From positions 4,256,001 to 4,320,000 of the forward strand of contig CBDCJO010000002.1 of NCBI GenBank assembly GCA_965217865.1: 64,000 nt of DNA, read 5' to 3'. How positions within the stretch are numbered: the stretch's first letter is position 1; every line of letters starts with the position of its first letter. Origin of the DNA: Candidatus Latescibacterota bacterium (GTDB taxonomy: Bacteria; Latescibacterota; UBA2968; SICM01). Positions 40,488-50,393 of the stretch are shown here, in pieces. A program made the translations under genes and the position numbers. Below the pieces are notes generated by a model. It saw only the letters and a program-made list of their open reading frames with translations. It did not search any database and had not been told where the DNA came from.

Positions 40488-41432
40488 ATGTCACAGAAAG
40501 CGCCTGGAAAGTCTCACCGCAAGGGAATTTCGATTCTCGAATTGGCCGACATGTTTCCAGATGAAGCGGCCGCGGTGATTTGGTTTGAAAAGCAGCTCTG
40601 GAATGGGGATCGTTGCTGTGGTCATTGTGGAAGCGTCAAGACGCGCGAGGTACCCAATACCAAGCCCATGCCTTACTGGTGCACGGATTGCCGGTCTTAC
40701 TTCAGCGTCAAGACTGGCACTGTCATAGAGAAATCTCGCCTGCCACTTCGCAAGTGGGTCTTTGCGATTTACATCTGTGTCACACATCTCAAAGGTGTTT
40801 CCAGTATGAAGCTCCATCGGGATTTGAAGGTGACGCAAAAGACCGCATGGTTCATGCTCCACCGCCTACGTGAAACATGGGGGACGGATATGGCGGTAAA
40901 GTTCGAGGGTCCCGTTGAGGTTGATGAGACCTATATCGGTGGCAGGGAAAAGAACAAGCATGCAAATAAGAAGTTGCACGCGGGGCGAGGCACAGTAGGC
41001 AAGGTTGCCGTGGCGGGTGCGAAGGATCGTAAGACGCGAAAAGTAAGAACTCAAGTAGTTGAACACACGGACGGCGCGACCCTTCAGGGTTTTGTCCACA
41101 ACAATGTGAAGGATGGCGCAACGGTCTATACGGATGATGCAACGGCCTATCAGAACATGTACGGCTTTGATCACAAATCCGTGAAGCACAGCGTTGGCGA
41201 GTTTGTAAGAAAAAAGGCTCACACGAACGGTATGGAAAGCTTTTGGGCATTGCTGAAGCGTGGCTATTATGGCACCTATCACAAAATGAGCCTCAAGCAT
41301 CTGCAGCGTTACGTCAATGAATTCGCTGGACGTTGCAGTATTCGGGACGTGGATACCGTGAAGCAGATGCAATCCGTTGTTGCGGGGATGATCGGAAAAC
41401 GGTTGATGTATAAGGAACTGATTCAAAGTTAG
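40488..41432 (+). CDS. IS1595-family transposase
   Basis: Zn ribbon, VEVDETYIGG, VYTDD, HTNGMESFW, YVNEF; promoter TTGACA-17-TATATT at 40410-40438. Confidence 0.95.
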   Translation: MSQKAPGKSHRKGISILELADMFPDEAAAVIWFEKQLWNGDRCCGHCGSVKTREVPNTKPMPYWCTDCRSYFSVKTGTVIEKSRLPLRKWVFAIYICVTHLKGVSSMKLHRDLKVTQKTAWFMLHRLRETWGTDMAVKFEGPVEVDETYIGGREKNKHANKKLHAGRGTVGKVAVAGAKDRKTRKVRTQVVEHTDGATLQGFVHNNVKDGATVYTDDATAYQNMYGFDHKSVKHSVGEFVRKKAHTNGMESFWALLKRGYYGTYHKMSLKHLQRYVNEFAGRCSIRDVDTVKQMQSVVAGMIGKRLMYKELIQS

Positions 41433-41447
41433 AAGGGAGAGAAGATC

Positions 41448-41957
41448 ATGCCGTACTTGGCCGAAGCAGTCGCTAATAGTTTCCTGGATATCGCTAAGTC
41501 TTCAGGCGAAACGGTAGACGCGATGAAAATCCAGAAACTGGTGTACTTCAGTCACGGGTGGCACCTCGGATTCGATAAGGGGGCCTTGAGCGCCGAGAAC
41601 GCACAGGCTTGGAGATGGGGACCGGTTTTTCCAGATCTTTACCAAGTAGTGAAAGTCTGGGGGAGTAGGCCCATCATGGGGCCCTTAGAAACTATGGATG
41701 TCGGTGAGCACAGAAGGTTACAGTGGAACACGCCGCGCGTCCCTCCCGAGGATACTTTCGCGATGGAACTCATCGAACGAGCGTGGGAGGTCTATGGTCA
41801 CATGCCTGGGCTGTCGCTATCGCAACTCACACACGAACCTGGGGGGCCTTGGGATACAATAAGGAAAAAGAATCCCTATGGCTATAACTTGGTGATTCCG
41901 AATAACATCATCAAGAAACACTTTGCACAGAAGATCTCGGCAAATGCCGGAACTTAA
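41448..41957 (+). CDS. Panacea/SocA (DUF4065) antitoxin-domain protein
   Basis: AVANSFL, MKIQKLVYFSHGW, QAWRWGPV, LSQLTHEPGGPW. Confidence 0.9.
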   Translation: MPYLAEAVANSFLDIAKSSGETVDAMKIQKLVYFSHGWHLGFDKGALSAENAQAWRWGPVFPDLYQVVKVWGSRPIMGPLETMDVGEHRRLQWNTPRVPPEDTFAMELIERAWEVYGHMPGLSLSQLTHEPGGPWDTIRKKNPYGYNLVIPNNIIKKHFAQKISANAGT

Positions 41958-42321
41958 AGACCTTCGCACCGTCCGGACTGATAAGCTTCCAGAACCTGAT
42001 CAGCAAGACGTCAGTCTGTTCGATGACGAGAAAAAAGAACTTGATAACCAACGGCTTCGACTTTATAACCAACGACTTGAAGCCGAAATCAACGATCTCA
42101 CTCAGGACCGCGATCAACGTAAAACGTACGCAAACCGCTTATATTGGCTCATTGTCGGTTGGCTCATTGTTGTTGGCTTAATCATGCTTCTGCACGGATT
42201 AAGTCCCATCTCATTCAAACTCTCCGTCACTGTGCTCACTACTCTAATCGGCTCAACCACAATTTCGGTTCTGGGGTTGTTCGTCATCGTCGCAAATTAT
42301 CTTTTTCCCAAGAGGCCTTAA
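41944..42321 (+). CDS. Coiled-coil plus 2-TM membrane protein, putative partner toxin
   Basis: Overlaps the Panacea gene; QDRDQRKTYANRLYWLI..TTLIGSTTISVLGLFVIVANYLFP. Confidence 0.7.
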   Translation: MPELKDLRTVRTDKLPEPDQQDVSLFDDEKKELDNQRLRLYNQRLEAEINDLTQDRDQRKTYANRLYWLIVGWLIVVGLIMLLHGLSPISFKLSVTVLTTLIGSTTISVLGLFVIVANYLFPKRP

Positions 42322-42428
42322 AATCCCCCTAACTACTTTCACGCGATTGCAGGCACCGTAAAGGAGTTGCAGGTTACTCAACGGGGCGTGAAACTGGCGC
42401 CCCCCCTTGTATGTTTGAGGAGGCGTGT

Positions 42429-42581
42429 ATGCCACGTTACGAGTTTAAAGGCGCGACACCCGAAGCGCTAGCCCGAGCCTTACGCCGACGGCCGTCGGGC
42501 CAAGTGGACAGACAAGAGAAACATTCAGCAGACCATCAGAAAGAGCAGCAGAAAGGCACTCAACGAAACAATCCTAAATGA
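42429..42581 (+). CDS. 50-aa ORF at the right end of the IS1595
   Basis: GAGGAGG RBS; MPRYEFKGATPEALARALRRR...; below the ORF-track length cutoff. Confidence 0.55.
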   Translation: MPRYEFKGATPEALARALRRRPSGQVDRQEKHSADHQKEQQKGTQRNNPK

Positions 42582-42651
42582 TTTCTCGACTTTTGTCAAG
42601 TTAAATATGTAATCCCCAATAGTTGGGCATCACTGAGAAAGGAAGGAAGTT

Positions 42652-43056
42652 ATGAAACCAGGAACGAATGACCGGCAGTTTAGAGCGACCGCACCCTACT
42701 TCGTAGTGCGAGATCTAAAGGAGTCCGTGGAGTATTATCACCGGGTTCTCGGTTTCAATATGCCTAAGCTTTGGGGAGATCCACCTGAGTTTGCGATGCC
42801 GTCACGTGACGGGTTCATATTCATGCTCAAGCAGGCCGATCAAGGCGCCGACATAACCACCAGTCGTGATCAGAGTGGATTCTGGGATGCTTACGTTTGG
42901 ATAAACGACGCGGAGTTACTTTTTTCGAAGTTCAAAGAAGATGGAGCCATAATCGAGTATGAGCCGTGCATACGGAAAGACTACGATATGAAGGAGTTCG
43001 CGGTTCGTGATCTGGACGGTCACGTCATTGCATTCGGCCAGCATTACGAAGCATGA
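42652..43056 (+). CDS. VOC/glyoxalase family protein
   Basis: PYFVVRDL..YYHRVLGF..YDMKEFAVRDLDGHVIAFG. Confidence 0.88.
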   Translation: MKPGTNDRQFRATAPYFVVRDLKESVEYYHRVLGFNMPKLWGDPPEFAMPSRDGFIFMLKQADQGADITTSRDQSGFWDAYVWINDAELLFSKFKEDGAIIEYEPCIRKDYDMKEFAVRDLDGHVIAFGQHYEA

Positions 43057-43136
43057 AGGCCCCACCAAACCGCCTTAAAATATCATGGCGGCTTCGGCAG
43101 TTGTGAGATTTAGCGATCCTTCTGAGGAGAATTGAA

Positions 43137-44453
43137 ATGGCGGAGAGCCAGAAATCAGAAACGACCTTCCTCCAGGATTCGTCGCTTGATCAACTCGAGG
43201 CAGCTGTCGCGTGGAACCATTATACGTGGATGACGACGAAGGCTCGTGCCGGGGGAGGAGAAATACACGAGGAAAATGGTGTGACCTGGGTATTCATGCC
43301 CGGTCGAGAAAGTGAGGGGATGATCCTCTTTCCTCGACTTACAGAGGCGAGTGCGGCCGACCAACTCGACCGTATCATACAATTCTACCAGAATCTTCAA
43401 CCTGCCAAATCAGTCATATGTTGGTCGTTGGACCCGTTCCAGCCGCAGGATTTAGGGGTTCGACTACTCGCTCGCGGATTTCAGCAGGGATGGCGTCCTT
43501 GCTGGATGTGGCTCGACTTTCAGAAGATGACGACCGATTTTCCTCAACCGGACGGTCTTCGCATCGAAATAGTAGAGGACGCGACTGGTTGGGATGTTGA
43601 CAACCTTCCATACTACGACGCGGTGACGGAGGCCATCCGTCACGCTGCAGTCTGCACGCGACCCCAACGAGTATGGCACTTTGCCGCATGGCTAAATGGC
43701 AAGCCGGTTGCCCACAGTGTAATGTTCTTGACGACGGGCGACTTGGGCATTGCAGGGATCTACGACGTTGGTGTTGTTCCTGATGCCCGCAATCAGGGGA
43801 TTGGCAAAGCGGTCACGATCGCAGCCTGCTTGCAAGGCCAGAAGATGGGATGCTGCCACGCCATGCTGAACGGCACCGGAGAACGGATGTATGTGCAAAC
43901 CGGCTTCGAGCGGATCGGCTATGGAATGACGTGGTGGTTAAACGTAGCAAGGCTGGGGACCCATCCCTCCCCTTCAATGCGGATTGCCTTTGCCGAAGCC
44001 ATCGGAAGAGGGGACATCGATGCGTTGGACAGGCTTGAGAAGCAGATTGAGAAGGAAGACTACGCCGCACCCTTGACCAACGGTATGACGCCTATGGAAC
44101 TTGCGGTCGAGTTGCGCAAGACCACTTCAGCCCAGTGGCTCTTCGATCGTGGCGCCCAGCTTGACGTGTTGTCGGCATGGGACCTCGGCTGGAAGGACCG
44201 CGCAACGGCTCTTCTGGCTAAGAATCCTGAACTGGTTAACCGGCGTTCAGGTGAATGGCTGATGACGCCCCTGCACACTGCCGCGCAGCGCGGCGATGTC
44301 GAACTGGCTCGTCTTATCCTCACCGCCAACCCCGACCTGGACATCAAAGATGAAGAGAACGGCGGCACTCCGCTCGGTTGGGCACACCACTTTCAGCGCA
44401 CCGACATCATTGAACTCATCGAAAAGCATCAGGCGGACAAGTCCGGTAGCTGA
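43137..44453 (+). CDS. GNAT acetyltransferase fused to ankyrin repeats
   Basis: VGVVPDARNQGIG; TPLHTAAQRGD, GTPLGWA. Confidence 0.85.
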   Translation: MAESQKSETTFLQDSSLDQLEAAVAWNHYTWMTTKARAGGGEIHEENGVTWVFMPGRESEGMILFPRLTEASAADQLDRIIQFYQNLQPAKSVICWSLDPFQPQDLGVRLLARGFQQGWRPCWMWLDFQKMTTDFPQPDGLRIEIVEDATGWDVDNLPYYDAVTEAIRHAAVCTRPQRVWHFAAWLNGKPVAHSVMFLTTGDLGIAGIYDVGVVPDARNQGIGKAVTIAACLQGQKMGCCHAMLNGTGERMYVQTGFERIGYGMTWWLNVARLGTHPSPSMRIAFAEAIGRGDIDALDRLEKQIEKEDYAAPLTNGMTPMELAVELRKTTSAQWLFDRGAQLDVLSAWDLGWKDRATALLAKNPELVNRRSGEWLMTPLHTAAQRGDVELARLILTANPDLDIKDEENGGTPLGWAHHFQRTDIIELIEKHQADKSGS

Positions 44454-44539
44454 AGTATGCCAATCTGTGTGCGCAGCAACAGCCGAATCGTCGCCGGACC
44501 TTAGGACGGAGCGCAACTCACATCAAGGAGGTTTTGGCC

Positions 44540-44921
44540 ATGGCACAAGCTTACCCGTGTCTCAGAATCGACAGCTACGACGAAGCAATGCCCTACTATT
44601 TGGATTTCCTCGGATTTAAGGTCGAATTTGAGTATAGACATGAAGAAGCTTTCTCCTGTCTACATGGGTATCTCAAGGGGAGAAAGTTGCGGCATCTCGC
44701 GAGGAGAGTTGGCTCTCCACCTCACAGAGCATACCGAGCAACCTTCTCGGATCGGCGTAATGTTTGATGTCGAAAGCGTCCACGACCTCTACACAGAGCT
44801 GAAGTCAAAGAATCCTTCTATATCTGAAGAGTTGGTTGACAAGCCGTGGGGGAAAACCGAACTACACCTGCGCGACCCTTTTGGAAGTCTGCTCATCTTC
44901 ACGAGTCCTGCACCAAAATAA
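44540..44921 (+). CDS. Glyoxalase/bleomycin-resistance family protein; +1 frameshift at about 44650
   Basis: AYPCLRI..YYLDFLGFKVEFE then YMGISRG..LHLTEH..PWGKTELHLRDPFG. Confidence 0.8.
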
Positions 44922-44957
44922 CTGCGCAAAGGACATCTGATGCGACGGTGTACCAGG

Positions 44958-45842
44958 ATGAGAGAATCTACTCGGCTTACAAAACACAATGTCCATACTT
45001 TTCTGCGAAGGTTTGCCAAGCAAATACCGCTTGATGAGCTGGAACTTATCCCCACTGGACAATTTAGTGACAGCTTCACCTTCTACTACGGCAATGACAA
45101 GATACTTAAAGTGAACAAGGTCAATACCAGACCAGCACTCCTAAAAGAAGCCAAGCTGGCGGAATACTTGTACACACAGAAACTTCCGGTCACTTTTGCT
45201 AAACCCCTCTTTGTTCACGCCAAGGGATTCTACGCTGTTTTTTCCCGAATCGATTACCGCAGACTGACCCCAGAGACAGTTGGGGAGCTCGAACCTGATG
45301 AGCTTGAATCGTTTACCCAGTCTCTTGGAACCTTCCTCTCCTTTCTTCACGGTCACAAATTTCCGGATAACGTCCTGGATCATATCCCACGTCCATCGGA
45401 AGATCTCACAGCCGAAAACAGGCAAGCGAGACGCAGGATCGAGTTCATCAAAGAGCACGGACCAGAAGTCGACACCACCCGGTTTGAGGAGAACCTCGAT
45501 AGGCTTCAGGGCTCCCTGGATCAGGTGTGGGCGGTAACACACCAAGATTTCACTTCGAGTAATGTCCTCTTGGGCCGAGGAAATTCCGAGCGACTTGCCA
45601 TCATCGATTTCACGGACGCAGAGATATTGGATCCCTCCGTGGATTTAGCTTATTTTGCCGAGGATCTCGCTGGCGAAGGGATTCAGCCTGGACCGATTAT
45701 CGAATCGATGCTCAAACACTACGAAACGGACGATGAGTTGATTGAGAAGAAGATGGAGTTCAGACTCCTTGTGCGCGAGATCACTTTCGCTTTCTGGAGG
45801 GTCAGGGATTCGGTGCGACGGTCCGAAGCTAAGCCTAATTGA
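44958..45842 (+). CDS. Aminoglycoside phosphotransferase (APH)-like kinase
   Basis: THQDFTSSNVL, IIDFTDA..DPSVDLA. Confidence 0.8.
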   Translation: MRESTRLTKHNVHTFLRRFAKQIPLDELELIPTGQFSDSFTFYYGNDKILKVNKVNTRPALLKEAKLAEYLYTQKLPVTFAKPLFVHAKGFYAVFSRIDYRRLTPETVGELEPDELESFTQSLGTFLSFLHGHKFPDNVLDHIPRPSEDLTAENRQARRRIEFIKEHGPEVDTTRFEENLDRLQGSLDQVWAVTHQDFTSSNVLLGRGNSERLAIIDFTDAEILDPSVDLAYFAEDLAGEGIQPGPIIESMLKHYETDDELIEKKMEFRLLVREITFAFWRVRDSVRRSEAKPN

Positions 45843-45957
45843 TCCCATCAGACGGAATGAACCCGGCAAATGGATATGGCATCCCTCACGGAGTCCATTT
45901 CGTTTGTTGCACCAGCGCTTAACAGGCCACACAGAGGATAGCAGAACTGGAGGAACA

Positions 45958-46761
45958 ATGAGCAGAAAGTTGCCAACTTCCGAATATGACAACCACGGTG
46001 ACTTTTACTACGACTGCATAAAGAGGAGGCTCGCCGACGAGGACTCTTTCCTCAAATTGACGATGGATGTCGTATTGAGATTATTGGGCAACGTCGAAGG
46101 CTTGAAAATTTGTGATCTCGCTTGCGGAGAAGGGCATCTTTCTCGGAAGCTGGCAGGGTTGGGTGCACAGGTCATGGGAGTAGATCTGTCCGAGAACCTA
46201 CTCCTTCACGCTCAGGAGGACTCGTCCGCGTCCGAAATCAGATTCGTTCGAGACGATGCCCAAGAGTTGGCAAGTTTCTCAGATGATTCTTTCGATATAG
46301 TCGTCTGCAACATGTCTCTGATGGATATTGAAGATCTGAATGGAACCTTTCGTGCGGTCGCAAGAACACTGAAACCCTATGGCCGGTTCGTCTTTTCTGT
46401 ACTCCACCCCTGTTTCGCGTCCCCATTTACAGTTGAGGATGGCAGCCCCTTAGAAACGGACGAAAAGGGAGAGTTCGTCGCTTGGAGGACCTTCAATTAC
46501 ACTAACGAAGGGAAGTGGTATTCTAGTGGATCAGGACTGCGCGGAACGTTCGGCTCAATCCACCGCAAGATTTCAACATATGTCAATGCGCTCCCAGAAG
46601 CCAAACTCAACCTTCGTAGGGTTGAGGAACCAACTCTTCCCGGCCCAAAGTATGACACTGCCGCCAAGCAGCTCTCTAGCAAGATCCCAAGGACAATAAT
46701 AGTAGAGGCTCAAAAACCAGGGAGTGATCTCTGCTCAATCACAACGAACACACGCGTATAA
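45958..46761 (+). CDS. Class I SAM-dependent methyltransferase
   Basis: CDLACGEG, GVDLS, FVFSVLHPCF. Confidence 0.9.
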   Translation: MSRKLPTSEYDNHGDFYYDCIKRRLADEDSFLKLTMDVVLRLLGNVEGLKICDLACGEGHLSRKLAGLGAQVMGVDLSENLLLHAQEDSSASEIRFVRDDAQELASFSDDSFDIVVCNMSLMDIEDLNGTFRAVARTLKPYGRFVFSVLHPCFASPFTVEDGSPLETDEKGEFVAWRTFNYTNEGKWYSSGSGLRGTFGSIHRKISTYVNALPEAKLNLRRVEEPTLPGPKYDTAAKQLSSKIPRTIIVEAQKPGSDLCSITTNTRV

Positions 46762-46799
46762 CACGGCACGGTCAGGGTCGGGGCTGTAAGACGTTACAC
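46756..46799 (+). mobile_element. Internally deleted attC remnant
   Basis: GCGTATAAC...GTTACACGC overlapping the stop codon; only 44 bp. Confidence 0.5.
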
Positions 46800-46841
46800 G
46801 CAAGCTGCCAGATTGGATAACGCACGCACAGAGAGAATAAG

Positions 46842-47573
46842 ATGAACCAAAAAGATGATATACCTATCGGTCTAAAATCTTATGTTAGTTGGGCAGAACG
46901 CTATGCCGCGGCTGTAGACTCTAAACCTTATAATGCACACTCTGAACGTCCTGCTATGCTGTCATTGCTTCCAGAAGTCAAGGGCAAGCAAGTGCTTGAT
47001 GCCGGATGTGGTCCAGGTTGGTATTCTGAGCATTTAGTGTCCAGCGGCGCCAAAGTTACGGCCATTGATGTCACACCAAAAATGGTTGAGATTACAAAAG
47101 AGAGATTGGGCACGTCCGTAGAAGTGTACGAAGCAGATCTGAGTAAACCTCTCGACTTCCTGGAGGATGAATCTTTCGACTGCATCGTTTGCTCTCTAAC
47201 GCTGCACTACATCGAAGATTGGGCAAATGTCTTCGAGGAGATGTACCGTATTCTCAGGAAATCGGGCCATTTGGTGTTTTCCACGCATCATCCCTTCAAC
47301 CCCTCAGTATTGGAACAAAGCAAGTATTTTGAGACAGAGCTGGTTGAAGAAGAATGGGGCAGTTTTGGAAAGCCGAAAGTCAAGGTGCAGTTTTTTAATC
47401 GTCCCCTGAGTGAGATGATTCTACCCCTACATAATATGTGTTTTCTTGTCGAACAGATTATCGAACCACGCCTTACTGAAGAAGGCAAAGAACAGTATCC
47501 AGAGTTTTACGAGCGATTGTCACAATATCCCTGGCTTCTTTGTGTTCGAGCAAAAAAGAAGTTGAAGGCATAA
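46842..47573 (+). CDS. Class I SAM-dependent methyltransferase
   Basis: YNAHSERPA, VLDAGCGPG, LHYIEDW, FSTHHPF. Confidence 0.9.
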   Translation: MNQKDDIPIGLKSYVSWAERYAAAVDSKPYNAHSERPAMLSLLPEVKGKQVLDAGCGPGWYSEHLVSSGAKVTAIDVTPKMVEITKERLGTSVEVYEADLSKPLDFLEDESFDCIVCSLTLHYIEDWANVFEEMYRILRKSGHLVFSTHHPFNPSVLEQSKYFETELVEEEWGSFGKPKVKVQFFNRPLSEMILPLHNMCFLVEQIIEPRLTEEGKEQYPEFYERLSQYPWLLCVRAKKKLKA

Positions 47574-47855
47574 GGCAATGGTGCGGGCTATCGCTATGCG
47601 AGTCTTTTCGACCACGACTGAGATGAATCAAATCATAGAGACTGCCAAAGCGATTTCTGAGGTAGACGCCGCAGATTCGAAGAGAAGAATGATTATCTTG
47701 ATTGGTAGCGAATTACGCCTACAAGTGCGCCCATGGGAGCACCATGATCTTCTTGTTTACACTCACGGATAATGCTATCTTTCTTAGGGTTCAGACTGGA
47801 AGAAACTGTATGACCATTCAGTCACGACGCACGCGGGCCAATTGAAAGGATATCA

Positions 47856-48152
47856 ATGGATTTGGAAGAAATCAAGAGTGTTGCAGGTCCTGCTTGCAAG
47901 GAGTTCATGGTCAAAAGACTGGATATTTTCGGGTCGCTGACTCGTGGCGAAGGGACAGCTGAAAGTGATGTAGACCTGCTTGTTGAATTTGAAGAGCCGG
48001 ATCTGCATCCCTCCAAGAGATTCTTCGGGTTGCTTCATTATCTTGAAGATACCTTGGAGTGCGAGGTTGATCTCCTCACAGTTAGCGGACTCAGAAATCC
48101 CTATTTCCGTCGCAGGGTCCTCAAGGAAAGGGTAAACATCTATGGAGGATGA
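47856..48152 (+). CDS. Minimal nucleotidyltransferase (MNT)
   Basis: IFGSLTRGE..SDVDLLVEF..VDLL..LRNPY. Confidence 0.9.
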   Translation: MDLEEIKSVAGPACKEFMVKRLDIFGSLTRGEGTAESDVDLLVEFEEPDLHPSKRFFGLLHYLEDTLECEVDLLTVSGLRNPYFRRRVLKERVNIYGG

Positions 48153-48243
48153 ACTCCTCAAACAGTTCTATGATATCAAAGAAGCCGCTTCGGCGATTCT
48201 CCGATTTGAGGTCGATCGAATGGATGATCCACCTGAGCAGTGA
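48142..48243 (+). pseudogene. Truncated HEPN (DUF86) partner remnant
   Basis: MEDELLKQFYDIKEAASAILRF then unrelated sequence and a stop; overlaps the MNT stop. Confidence 0.55.
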
Positions 48244-48607
48244 TCCGGTCAGATACATTTGCTGGCCTGTGGCCTTCTTTATTTATGTTCCCGCCGGACA
48301 ACCTGTTTGGCGGGATTTCTGCAGGTGTTATGGTTCAATCAGATAGCGGCCTTGCTCAAAAGGAATGATGTAATGAATATTAAGTTCAGCGAAGCCACAA
48401 TCACCGCAATGTTCCCTACGATGTAGCCGAAACTCTGAGGCGATTCGAGGAAACCGATTATGTGACCTTTGCTGGGCCTATCGGACGACTGATGGTCAGG
48501 GGGATAGCCACGAGCACGAATCAAATAATGCCGTTTCTCTCCTGGTACAGGTCGGGATCCATGGAGGACGGATTGTCTGAGGCGGTCGATAAGTTTCTAA
48601 CTCTCTA

Positions 48608-49327
48608 TTGAGGGAAGATTTGGTGTCCGATTGGTTTGGGACCCTGGACGACACGCTCTGGTTGAAGTCGGATGAATCAGGAGAAGATGAAGCGCGGTTC
48701 ATCAAAAGATCGTTACACTTGCGCAAGGGACAGGCAGTACTTGATGCGCCGTGTGGGGCCGGACGGATTGGTTTCCACCTCGCCCTTGCCGGGTGCCAGG
48801 TAACAGGCGTGGATCTCCGCAGGGACTTCATCAATCGTGCGCGTCGAAGGTTCCGCAAAGCAGGGCTTCGAGGCAGTTTCGTGGTGCAGGACCTGCGGGA
48901 GATCGATTTTGATAATCAATTTGATGGTATATTCAACTGGTCCGGCAGTTTCGGCTATTTCCCGGAGGAAGACAACTTCGGTTTGCTCAGCCGCTATGCA
49001 CGCGCTCTTCGCTCTGGACGTCGTCTGCTCATCGATCAACCGAATCGGGAGTACATCCTCCGGCAATTCATACCTGAGCGACCCACCGAAACGGTAGTCT
49101 TCAGGAATTCCTGGGACAGCTCCAAGCAGAGGATCTTCTCACACTGGATCATTGACGGAAAGAACGATCCGAGGAACATATCCTCCATCCGACTCTACAC
49201 GCCCGGACAGATGAACCTTCTGTTCGAGCAGGCTGACCTGAAGGTGGAGAGCGTTTATGGATCATTCGGGGGCAACGTCTATCGGAAGTCGAGCCGGCGC
49301 ATGATCACCGTAGGAAGAAAATCGTAG
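48608..49327 (+). CDS. Class I SAM-dependent methyltransferase
   Basis: VLDAPCGAGR, SFGYF, IRLYTP. Confidence 0.9.
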   Translation: MREDLVSDWFGTLDDTLWLKSDESGEDEARFIKRSLHLRKGQAVLDAPCGAGRIGFHLALAGCQVTGVDLRRDFINRARRRFRKAGLRGSFVVQDLREIDFDNQFDGIFNWSGSFGYFPEEDNFGLLSRYARALRSGRRLLIDQPNREYILRQFIPERPTETVVFRNSWDSSKQRIFSHWIIDGKNDPRNISSIRLYTPGQMNLLFEQADLKVESVYGSFGGNVYRKSSRRMITVGRKS

Positions 49328-49425
49328 ACTAAAGTTCGGACGACGATTCGCCGGAACAATACGTCGTGTTATGCGGGCACCGGCAAATCACTGACTCAGA
49401 GACGTGGCAACTGAGGACTGTTGAA

Positions 49426-50199
49426 ATGACGCTGCGTGAAGAATATGACGAAAAGGGCTATTGTATTGTCCGGAACGCGATCGATGCGGACCTGGCTGAG
49501 GAGACGGTGAAACACGTTCACTGGCTGGTCGAAAATCATCCGGATGTACGGCCCGAACGGCTGCACCACAACCTGCTGGTGAATGAACCGTTCATGCATC
49601 GACTGGTCTGCGACGATCGGTTGGTCGATATCGCGGCACAATTCATCGGCCCGAATGTCGCGTTGTTCGCCGCGCACTACATCGCCAAGGAGCCAGACAC
49701 CGGTCAGGCCGTTCAGTGGCACCAGGACGGATCCTACTGGCCGCTCGAACCGATGAAAGTCACCACACTCTGGGTTGCGGGCACGGACTCCACCGTCGAG
49801 ACCGGCTGTATGCGGGTGCTGCCCGGCACTCAGAACAATCGTTTGCTGAAACGCAGCGAAATGGCCGACCTGGACACGGACAAGTATGTCCTCTCCGTCG
49901 GAATTCCCCTCGACAAAATAGACGACTCCGACGCTGTGGACTTCGAGCTAAAGGCCGGCGACATATCGATCCACAATCCGACGATCATCCACGGGTCGAA
50001 TGCCAACACCTCCGATCGATGGCGGGTTGGTCTCACCCTCCGGTACATCCCGACGACCACAAAGGTCACCCAAGGTGGCCACAAGAACATCCTGTGCCGT
50101 GGTAATATCGTCCCGGAAGTCGAGAACGTCTATGTGAAACGGCCGGCGTATGTCGAAGGGAAGCACATGCGGTTTTCTGGATGTGAAGCGTGGAAGTAA
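49426..50199 (+). CDS. Phytanoyl-CoA dioxygenase (PhyH) family Fe/2OG enzyme
   Basis: WHQDGSYW, GCMRVLPG, IHGSNAN.S..R. Confidence 0.92.
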   Translation: MTLREEYDEKGYCIVRNAIDADLAEETVKHVHWLVENHPDVRPERLHHNLLVNEPFMHRLVCDDRLVDIAAQFIGPNVALFAAHYIAKEPDTGQAVQWHQDGSYWPLEPMKVTTLWVAGTDSTVETGCMRVLPGTQNNRLLKRSEMADLDTDKYVLSVGIPLDKIDDSDAVDFELKAGDISIHNPTIIHGSNANTSDRWRVGLTLRYIPTTTKVTQGGHKNILCRGNIVPEVENVYVKRPAYVEGKHMRFSGCEAWK

Positions 50200-50267
50200 G
50201 GCTCATATGTCAGACCCCCAAGGCCCCGCATCCTGATTTATCTGGTGTTCCGCACAAAAGATCGTAA

Positions 50268-50364
50268 TCCGGATCGCGGACCGTTGGCCCGCTCGATTCA
50301 CCCACATTCAAACCCAGCCCGTCGGGCTGGGCCAAGGAATAGCGGGCCGTTGGCCCGCATATGC
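50268..50364. repeat. Palindromic dispersed element, copy B (inverted relative to 21452-21548)
   Basis: ATCCGGATCGCGGACCGTTGGCCCGCTCGATTC..CCCAGCCCGTCGGGCTGGGCC. Confidence 0.8.
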
Positions 50365-50393
50365 GTCGCCTCACACAGACAGGAAGAGATCTC

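Larger units (their letters stand above)
40392..42617 (+). mobile_element. Complete IS1595-family element carrying passenger genes
   Basis: 26-bp IRs GGG(A/G)ATTACATATTTAACTTGACAAA; 8-bp target duplication AATAGTTG (40384-40391, 42618-42625). Confidence 0.95.
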
